Shown here piece by piece: positions 54,085-64,000 of a DNA stretch of 64,000 bases (within the stretch, counting starts at the first letter, position 1; every line of letters begins with the position of its first letter). Source of the DNA: Octopus sinensis. Its lineage: Eukaryota. The stretch is from positions 117,056,001 to 117,120,000 of the forward strand of contig NC_043003.1 in NCBI RefSeq assembly GCF_006345805.1, read 5' to 3'. The position numbers and the translations under genes were made by a program. The notes below the pieces were generated by a model, which saw nothing but the letters and a program-made list of their open reading frames with translations, searched no databases and was not told the origin of the DNA.

Positions 54085-54087
<3 letters not shown>
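53876..54087 (+). mobile_element. (TA)n-embedded short element with a variant hammerhead-like motif (53961-53996)
   Basis: UUU-CUGUAGA-a-GAGC guag GCUC-GAA-ACGU-A-AAA. Confidence 0.5.
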
Positions 54088-54119
<32 letters not shown>

Positions 54120-54122
<3 letters not shown>

Positions 54123-54412
54123 TCTTTACTCTTTTACTCTTTTACTTGTTTCAGTCATTTGACTGCGGCCATGCTGGAGCACCGCCTTTAGTCGATCAAA
54201 TCGGCCCCGGAACTTATTCTTTGTAAGCCCAGCACTTATTCTATCGGTCTCTTTTGCCGAACCGCTAAGTGATGGGGTCGTAAACACACCAGCATCGGTT
54301 GTCAAGCAATGCTAGGGCGACAAACACAGACACACAAACATATACACACACCATGAACCCAGAACCATGTGGCTGGTTAGCAAGCTACTTACCACACAGC
54401 CACTCCTGCGCC
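54120..54412 (-). mobile_element. SINE family A with an internal deletion
   Basis: Tail and head are present; the CORE/microsatellite middle is missing. Confidence 0.88.
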
Positions 54413-54989
54413 TATATATATATAGATATATGCAAATATTCACACATTTATATCAAGACTGGTGGTAACATTGACTTCGAAGGAGTCCGATGAAAGCTCT
54501 GCAGGCCAAAACTTCGAAATCACAATCGACACTATTCTTCTTGAAGAATAATAAATCTGTAATTCACAGAAAGTATTCAGTACCACTTCGGTTCGATATA
54601 TATTTCATCAAGGGTTTCTTCCCTTTTGAGGTTCATAAAATAAGAACCCGTTGCGCCCTAGGATCGATATCATCGTCTTACCACCTCAAACCTAATTCCA
54701 GGCCTTGGGCTTCTAGCAGGAAGGTTTATAGATCGGCAGATGCATTCTTTATTTATTTCAGTCACTTGACTGCGGCCATGCTGGAGCACCACCTTTTTTT
54801 TAAGTCGACCAAATTGAACCCGGGACTTATTTTTGTAAGCCTCTTTTGCCGAATCGCTAGGTTACGGGGACGTAAACACACCAGCTTCGCTTTCCAAGTG
54901 GTTTGGACTTTAGGTGTTCCTTCTAGCGTGAAAGGAATCCTATATCGGATACCTCTTATGGGTTTAAATGTCCACTGCATTTATATTCA

Positions 54990-55103
<114 letters not shown>

Positions 55104-55242
55104 ATAGATATATATATATATAGACGACACAAAGGCAGAGAAGAGAAAAAACAATTAGGACGGGCAAAAAAGACGGGTCATTCTTGGCTTTCTTGCATCA
55201 GTCAAGTACCAGATGTCACGACCATTTCATATATATATATCT

Positions 55243-55485
55243 GTGGAGGCGCAACGATCGTGGTTTCGATTCCCAGACAGGGCGTTGTGAGTGTTTATTG
55301 AGCGAAAACACCTAAAAGCTCCACGACGCTTCGGTAGGGGGTGGTGAACCCTACTGTACTCTTTCACCACTCTTTCTTCTGTTGGCCTGCTCGCTTAGCC
55401 AGCGGGGTGGCGTCATTCGGAGGTTAAAACAATGCGAACGCATTGTGACCAGCGATGTGTAACAACATTCTGTGGTCTGGTCGGT

Positions 55486-55490
<5 letters not shown>
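55243..55490 (+). mobile_element. SINE family H
   Basis: Matches 9424-9672. Confidence 0.8.
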
Positions 55491-55531
<41 letters not shown>

Positions 55532-55965
55532 GTGCGTGTGTGTGTGTATATATATATATATATGTATGTCTGTATATAAATATATATGTGCATATGTATG
55601 TATGTATTAGTGTGCGTTTATATGTTTCTAGGTGCATTTTATTTATATGTCTCGTATTTGTATGCATTCGAATCTTAAATTCTTACTGTAAACACTGAGG
55701 TAGAACGTATATGAGCTCAAAGCTTTAATAGTTTCCAATGACATGATAGATCTACTTGCAGAAATGTATTTTCACATGCAAATTTAATGTAATAATGGAT
55801 ATCTGTATATACATATATTCAGTTATACGCATATGCACACATACATATAGATACATTTTTACACATTCCTACACACAACTATGCATTTCATAATCATAAA
55901 ACATATACACACTCGCACACTTATATATGATATATGCGCCTACACTCACAAATACATACATACAT

Positions 55966-56010
<45 letters not shown>

Positions 56011-56021
56011 ATATGTATATA

Positions 56022-56064
<43 letters not shown>

Positions 56065-56329
56065 ATATATATATATTATATGATGTATATACCTATATAT
56101 TATATATATATATATATATATGTATATACCTATATATATATATATATATGTATATACCTATATATATTTATTATTATATATATATATATAATATATATAA
56201 TATATATATATATTACATACATACATTCGCACACATATCCACATATCTATATATACACACACAGATACATAATACATACATACATCCATGCATAAAGTGT
56301 TCGATTAGCGTGAACTGTGCAGCAGACAG

Positions 56330-56800
56330 TTATAAATTATTAATTAAAATATTGCTTTCGAAGTCTATGCACAGCACATCCATATTCTCCAGCTGTAAAG
56401 TTTTGGAGGAGAACAGAAAAGAGGAGGAAAAACAGCTTGTGAATAGCAAATTGATTTGACGGTTTGAATAGCGGACAATGAACTCAGACAATGTTACAGA
56501 ACTTGTTGACCCGGACTGACAAGTACTCAGGTTCAGTTTTGTACCTGAAATTGGGGCCTGTCCAATATTACGTACCCGACCCAAATTGACGTTGAAGCTC
56601 TGGATTGGTAACCAGCGTAGCCACTTCCAGGCCACCGTTCAGAAAGGAGGATTGATAGAACGCATGTCTTAGGAACCTAGCCTTTCGTATTCAGATAGCT
56701 ACAGGAACAGTGGATGAGGGAGTTTTCGATGCTCCATGTGTAACTGGAGAAACTAAAGCTAAGAAGAGTGAAGAAAAGAGACAAGTGTTGAATGCGCAGA
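56330..56800 (-). mobile_element. ancient L1/Tx1-like remnant
   Basis: Frameshifted LFL*..YERL and YQSSFLNGGLEV resemble the L1 motif FLW..GGL. Confidence 0.3.
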
Positions 56801-57184
56801 AATATGCAAAATAATAAACACGAGATGCAAGTATGACCGTAGGGTTAGTAAGATCTGCTGATCTGCTGTTAGTTAGTTTGCTTCTGCATAAATTCGGGCG
56901 ATTTGTGCCTCTTGAATTAAATTTATAAAACGTAGATTACTGGATACTCGTTACAGGGATACAATATACCGCAGATACAGTGTACGTCTAATTACAAATA
57001 GCCTCGCCATATATCGTGCAACGATGATTCTACCCAGGAATTACCATAACTCAATGTCACAATGTGGATCTGCGGAATATTCAGCCACGGCAGGCTGTTA
57101 ATTTGATCGAACAATTAAATTTTGGTCAGGAAAAACTGTCAAACTGTCCATCTTCATTACTGATATACATTTAACACCATAGAG

Positions 57185-57385
57185 CAGTGGCTTTCAACCA
57201 GGGTTCCGCCAGTACAGTCCAGGGGTTCCGCAAGAAGTTACAAAACTCCTAAAATCGGCAGTAATTTTTAATTCTCCTGTGCAGATATGTGTGCATAAGA
57301 CAATTAAATTATTGCACAGGGGTTCCTCGAGCCAGTGAAATGTTTCCTTGGGGTTCCGCTCCAGCGAAAAGGTTGAAAAACACTG
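57185..57385. mobile_element. hAT MITE
   Basis: TIRs cagtggctttcaacc / ggttgaaaaacactg and a perfect 8-bp TSD CCATAGAG. Confidence 0.92.
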
Positions 57386-58014
57386 CCATAGAGTATGTGG
57401 CGCCATTCATGCTTTCTTTCAAGGCACAGGAGTTGAAGATGCCGTATACATCTCAAGATGAGCTGGCGGCAGTTGTGATCGAAAAGCACTTTCTTAAGGA
57501 CCACCAAAGTTCATAACACTTTATAATGGGCACCGAACGATAAGAATTTTCTTTCTTTCCTTCAGTTAAAAGGTGAAATTGGAACTGTGACGCCAAGCAT
57601 CTTGTCCGACACATTAACTTGTCAAATCTATCTTGTATTTTTATGTTCAGCAGCATTTCGTCCATTTTTACTTTAGGATTTCAAATTGGTGGTGCTGGTG
57701 CTGGTGCTGGTGCTGCTGCTGGTGGTTGTGGTGGTAGTGGTGCTGCTACTGCTGCTGCTGGTTGTGGCGGTGGTGAAGGTGATCGTAGTGGTGGTGGTGG
57801 TGAAGGTGATGATGGCAAAGGGAGCAGCAAGCCGTTTCATCACTATCAAATTAACAATATGGATGCAAGCATAGAGATTGGTAGAAATGGCAGTTAAATG
57901 AACCTCCAGCCACCTGATCTAAAATATAAAATTCCCAGCCAAAGACAGGATAGTGATAGCTGGAATAATCTTTGCCTTAGCCATAAAGACAGACATTTTG
58001 AAAACACACATAGA

Positions 58015-58470
58015 CGTAAGCGTGGCTCTGTGGTAAGAAGCTTGCTTGAAAACTATATGGGCCCGGTATCAGTCCCACTGTGGGACACCTCCGGCAAGTG
58101 CCTTCTACTATAGTCTCGCGCAGATCAAAGCCTTATGATTGGATTTGGTAGACGGAAAGAAGCCCATCACATAAGAGTGATTGTGTGTATGTACTTGTGT
58201 GTATGTATGTGTGTATATGTGTACCTGTGTGTATGTTTATTTGTGTGTGTATTTGTACCTGTGTATATGTCTGTATGTGTGTTTCGCTAATACTATCTGG
58301 TAACCGGTGTTTGTGTGCCCACGCCCCATCAAGCTAGCGATTCGGCAAACGGCAGATGGAATAAGCGCCGGGCTTTAAAACAATTAAGCCCTAGCGTCGA
58401 TTCATTTGAATAAAAGTTCTTCAAAGCGGTGCCCCAGCATGGCCGCAGCCTAGTGTCTGACAAAAAGTGA
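58015..58470 (+). mobile_element. old SINE family A-related copy
   Basis: Diverged consensus match. Confidence 0.7.
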
Positions 58471-58812
58471 AAAATAAATGATTTAATGCTATAACTAAAA
58501 TCATCGCATTCAACACGAACATAAACACGATCGTTAGTTTTCTAACTACAGTAAATATCATCTCCCCCCCTCCAGCCCCTCAACCATTACTGAAATTGCT
58601 ACCTCGATAAACAACAACAACAACAACAACAGCAACAACAACGAGAACAGCCTCACAAGCATACATCTTTATAACCATCACAACCGGCCGCAGCATCATC
58701 ATCAATGCTATCGCCAAAATATATTTCAGTCTCTCCATTATCTACTTAAATATTCCCAGCCACGAGTAATAGAATAAGTGAAGGCTTGGAAATGTATGGA
58801 AATTAATATATG

Positions 58813-58853
<41 letters not shown>

Positions 58854-59186
58854 ATGTGTGTGTGTGTGTGAGGTAATTATGTAAATGCACTTATGACTAT
58901 ATGTATGGTTTAAATGGACGTATGTATATAATTATGTATGTACTTAGGCAGACACACTCACACACATACACACACGCACACACGAGCACACGCAAACATA
59001 CAAACATAGAGACAAGCGCGCACATGCGCAAACACGCACACAAACACACTCACACACTCACACACACACACACAGAAACACACTCACTCGCACACACACA
59101 CATATATAAGTATGTATATATATATATATATATGTTCAAGTATATAATGATATATACGCGCTAAAATTAATGCATTGTATATATGC

Positions 59187-59229
<43 letters not shown>

Positions 59230-59393
59230 TGTATCTTTATGTGTATATATGTATGTATACACACATAGATGTACAACAAATGAGCCGATTATATACATAT
59301 ATATATATAGATATGAACATAAAAATATAGCTAAGTGTAGATATATATTTACATACATATATAGGCATAGGGATACGCACATCTATATATATA

Positions 59394-59437
<44 letters not shown>

Positions 59438-59497
59438 TTGTATTTCTCAGTATGTATATATGGATATTATATATATGTGCATAAATGTATATATATG

Positions 59498-59572
<75 letters not shown>

Positions 59573-59749
59573 TATATATATTATGCTTACATATATACGC
59601 ATATATGCTTGCATATGTGTGTATATGTATATATACTTATATATTATACACATATATATGCTTATCAAACTATCTATATATATATGTATCTATAACATAT
59701 ATAGACATATATATCTATATCTATATACATACATACATATATATATGTA

Positions 59750-59803
<54 letters not shown>

Positions 59804-60519
59804 ACATGCATGTAAACATATATTTATATGCACATACATATAATGCAGAATGAGAGACTGAGAGATAGAGTAGGAGGGAGATAGAGAAAATGAGAGAGAG
59901 AGTGAGAGAGAGAGAAGGACAGAAGGAGAGAGAGAAGGAGAGAAGGAGAGAAAGAGTGATCAGAGTAGAATGGATAGACATTTTGCTTAGAGCAAATGAA
60001 GTAGAAATAAACAAGAAGGAAAGAAGAAAAAGGAAAAGATTTCTTAAAGGAATTCAAAACGAAGCAAAAAAGCAGGAAAACACTAAAATACATAATAACC
60101 CAATTTTAAGTCGTCTTTGGAAATATTATGACCAGAATTATAATATTATCTGATATCTATATTTTCTACGATTCTTTTCTACTTTGTTTTATGCATTTCA
60201 TTATACTAGGTTCGCTTTTTTATTCTCTCCATTCTGTGCGGTTTTGCATTGGTCTGTTTTTGGTTGTTGTTGTTGCTTTTATTTTTTCTATATTTTAGCT
60301 TTTCTTTCATTATGCCTATGTTGTCAATTTAAGATAAATTTTCATTTCTTCTTGGAGAAATACATTTTCTATTCAAATTTATGCTTTTACTATTTCTACA
60401 GTTATCATACATTAAATGATGGCCGCGTCGATATACAGCTTCGAAGGGATTCGATTAATTATGGCACCCGAAGTTCGAAATCTATCCGGAACTCCGTCGG
60501 TTACGACGACGAGAGTCCC

Positions 60520-60760
60520 AGTCGATTCGATCAACGGAACGGCCTGCTCGTGAAATTGATGTGAAAGTGGCTGAGTACTCCACAGACGCGCGTATCCTTA
60601 ACGTAGTTCCCAGGGAGTTTCAGCGTGTCAAAGTTTAGCCCTCTGAAATACAGGTACGATTAATAAAGTTTCTTGCTCACGGGCGCAACGTGAGACCGGG
60701 AATGGAACCCACGACCTTACGATCGTAAACCGACTAGCCTAACCACTAAGCCACGAGTTT
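60520..60760 (-). mobile_element. tRNA-headed SINE (3' domain shared with 15355-15470 and 40215-40300)
   Basis: Minus-strand head ggcttagtggttagg..gtgggttccattcccgg; conserved body ctgtggagtactcagccactt..cgagcaggc..ctcgtcgtcgtaaccgacggag. Confidence 0.7.
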
Positions 60761-61093
60761 TCTTATATTCGAATTCTTGTAGCCATCTTGAGACCTTCAT
60801 GTTTAGCACGGCTGAATTGACATATTCACTTTCGACACGGCTCGAAGTGTTATATGTAGGAAACTAAGACGTCAGCGTAATTACACTGATTTAGAAACGT
60901 ATTCAAAAACATTGGGACGAATGTCCAACAGCACACACGCACACACACACACACACAACGCTGGAAAATTAGCAGAAAGAAATATAACAGCAGCAATGAC
61001 AGCAACAGCTGCAACAACAATATCTAAATGGTAAACACTACAAAATTGAGAAAAAGAAAAAGAATCAAAACGACACCAGTCAAAAGGTCTGGG

Positions 61094-61640
61094 AGATGTC
61101 AACAGACGGGGGTGGGTATCAACAAACGGAGATGTCAACCAACGGGGGGATGTCAACAAACGGGGGTTGTCAACAAACGGGAGGATGTCAACAAACAGGG
61201 GAGATGTCAACAAATGGGGGAGATGTCAACAAACGGAGATGTCAACAAACGGGGAAGATGTCAACAAACGGGAGATGTCAACAAACGGGGAATGTCAACA
61301 AATGGAGGAGATGTCAACAAGTAGGGGGTATCAACAAACAGGGGGGATGTCAACAAATGGGGCATATGTCAACAAACGGGGAAGATGTCAACAAACGGGG
61401 GTGTGTCAACAAACGGGGGGATATCAACAAAAGGGGGAATTTCAACAAAGGGAGAGATGTCAACAAAGGGAGAGATATCAACAAACGGGGGGATTTCAAC
61501 AAACAAAGGTGATGTCTACAAATGGGGGAGATGTCTACAAACGGGGGGATTTCAACAAACAAAGGTGATGTCTACAAATGGGGGAGATGTCTACAAACGG
61601 GGGGATTTCAACAAACGAAGGTGATGTCTACAAATGGAGG
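61094..61640 (+). repeat. G-rich minisatellite, about 30 units of 16-20 bp (gatgtcaacaaacgggg[g/a])
   Basis: Directly visible. The last units form a 3-unit higher-order repeat of about 56 bp. Confidence 0.95.
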
Positions 61641-62265
61641 GATGCGTTTAAGCAACGATACCTCAACATCATCGTTAACAACAGCTACACAAGAAGCTAT
61701 CAAAGCCATCGCCCTGTCACCACCACCGCTACCACTATCGCAAGCAGAATCAAATTCAGAGTCATGGACGCATCCTCCAACACAAACAAAAGCGAGGAAA
61801 TCCTATATTCCAAGTCCATAAACATAAACAGTAAATAAACAAAAATGAAGTACATATACAAAACTACAATTATTACAATCAACTGCATCGCTTTCACGAA
61901 TGTCACAACGCACATACAATATTTTTTTAAAATAGCCCAAAAGAGTAAGAGACTTCAGGAAAAATATAAACAAAAGATGAACAAGAAATACATGTGGTGA
62001 CCGTCAGCATAAGATGGATTCTTCGCCCACGGGCCTTCACTCCATTTTTCATGAATACAAGATTTTCTTGTCTCTAAGTTGACAGGAAGCTGAGCTTCTG
62101 GATTGTTTAGGAAGGGACTGGAGCTTGGTCATGGATGTGAAGAGTAACGAACCGAATGCCTTCATTCTCGCAGAAGCTTAAACTACGACAGGAACAGGAG
62201 AACCGGATTCTTTAAGGCGTCCAGAAGTTTCATTTCTTTTTCTTTTGTTTGACTTTTATTTTATA

Positions 62266-62658
62266 CTAGCAGTATCGCCCGGCGTTGCTCGGGTTTGTTT
62301 CGACCCTTTAGAATTGGAATATTTGAAAAGTAAAACTTTTGCATTATGTAGCTTGTTATTCTCTTTAAGTGAACATTTTTCTGGTTGAAATACACCGAAA
62401 AATGGCGACACAGCAGTCAAAAAATCGTAAAAAATAGGGATTTTCATAGAAAAAATAGAACCTTTTTGATGTAAATAATTTTTGGTGTTAACATGGTCCG
62501 ATTTGAATATTTTCTTCTACGGAAGGAAGAGCACGCCTTCTTCTATCATACTCTCAATTTTGGTCAATTTACGCTGCAGGGTCTCGGAGGAGATAGTGTT
62601 AGTTGAAGGCTACCAAACCTGCCATACACAGACAACTTCAGCTTTATATATAGAGAGA
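62266..62658 (-). mobile_element. non-autonomous Helitron
   Basis: Minus strand: a|TCtctctatatataaag.. at the 5' end; 3' end acaaacccgagcaacgccgggcgatactgCTAG|t, identical to the end of 20051-20451. Confidence 0.85.
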
Positions 62659-63139
62659 TTTTTTGTTTTTGAAAAACCGCCATCTCTGTCACGTAGATTG
62701 CTTCGTGCATTGTTTTGAGCATCTTGAAATGGAAACGTATCTCTTCTATAATAAAGACGCCCATACCGAACTTCCTTTTCAATCAACACCAAATAATATG
62801 ATTGTTAATGAAGGCTGTTGTAAGTGGGAAAAAATAATAAAATCCGATTTCCTTACACACTGTTTGATTTTTGCTTATTCTTATTTCAGCTACTTTATAT
62901 CAACTATTTTACAGTGTTTGGTATAATGCATAGGTTCTTAAGTAATTTATGTTCTAAACTGACACCTTCTGATGACTTATCCTGGCAGTTAACTGAGTTA
63001 TAAAGAGATTTAATGACGGAACTTTCTGACTGCAAATGTAACAAAAGCTGTTAAAAACAGTCGATGGATCACCGTAATGGTTATCACCTCAGGATTTCAA
63101 AGGAGCTTCACACACCTTCACGCAGAGATACAGGCATAG

Positions 63140-63221
<82 letters not shown>

Positions 63222-63245
63222 ATAGACAGACAGACAGATAGATAA

Positions 63246-63307
<62 letters not shown>

Positions 63308-63494
63308 GGATAGATAGATTGATAAATAGATAGATAGAGATAGAGAGAGAGGTAGGCAAGTAGAGGGATAGGTAGATGAAAAATATAGATAGATATATAA
63401 GGAGAAAGAGACAGGGAGAGAGAAAGAAAAGCAGACAGACAGGCAGACAGACAGATAAATAGAGAGAGAGAGAGAGAGAGATAGAGAGATAGAG

Positions 63495-63567
<73 letters not shown>

Positions 63568-63584
63568 TAGATAGACAGATAGAC

Positions 63585-63623
<39 letters not shown>

Positions 63624-63735
63624 GAGATAGAGAGAGAGAGAGAGATAGACAGATAGATAGATAGATAGATAGATAGATCGATAGATAGATAGTAGATAGA
63701 TAGTGATAGATAGATAGAGAGAGATAGAGAGAGAG

Positions 63736-63821
<86 letters not shown>

Positions 63822-63830
63822 ATAGATCGA
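63140..63830. repeat. (GATA)n/(GA)n compound microsatellite
   Basis: Directly visible. Confidence 0.95.
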
Positions 63831-64000
63831 AATATGCTCCTGCTTTCAAGCCTTTCTGGGATCTATACATCGGCCATCTCGTTTCTCTTCCCATATAGCA
63901 ATATCAAAACGTTCATCGGTGTGTGTGAGTGTGATTGTATTCATGTATATCGCTTATATTTAATTGACTGGCAACCTCTATCTATCCGTCCATGCGCATC

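Noticed and set aside
54483-54520. CCGAUGA-aagc..gcc-AAAAC hammerhead-like remnant
   Set aside because: Two invariant core positions are altered and there is no stem III palindrome. Too degenerate to call.
61094-61640. CRISPR-like repeat-spacer array
   Set aside because: The spacers are 4-9-nt G-runs rather than unique ~30-nt sequences, the context is eukaryotic, and there are no cas genes.

Overview
AT-rich, microsatellite-saturated eukaryotic DNA. It is very probably from a coleoid cephalopod (Octopus-like); this is an inference from the abundant tRNA-derived SINE families and the repeat landscape. I cannot support any intact protein-coding gene: nearly all listed ORFs are translations of (TA)n, (GATA)n, (AAT)n or (TAG)n tracts or of SINEs. 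The window holds more than 30 SINE copies (3-4 families), decayed R4/Dong-type, L1/Tx1, RTE and Gypsy retroelements, a mariner, hAT and Tigger-like MITEs, and two non-autonomous Helitrons. The most interesting signal is a set of short elements embedded in (TA)n or (TAA)n microsatellites that carry minimal type I hammerhead-ribozyme motifs (stem I - CUGANGA - stem II - GAA - palindromic stem III - H - stem I), of the kind known from Penelope-like elements and retrozymes. Several sit in fold-back (inverted) arrangements, including a palindrome of about 1.14 kb with an intact-core hammerhead in each arm. Other observations are a SINE that appears to insert into itself, TAA-repeat-specific elements, and a G-rich minisatellite with an emerging higher-order repeat. 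All family assignments come from reading motifs by eye; no database searches were run.
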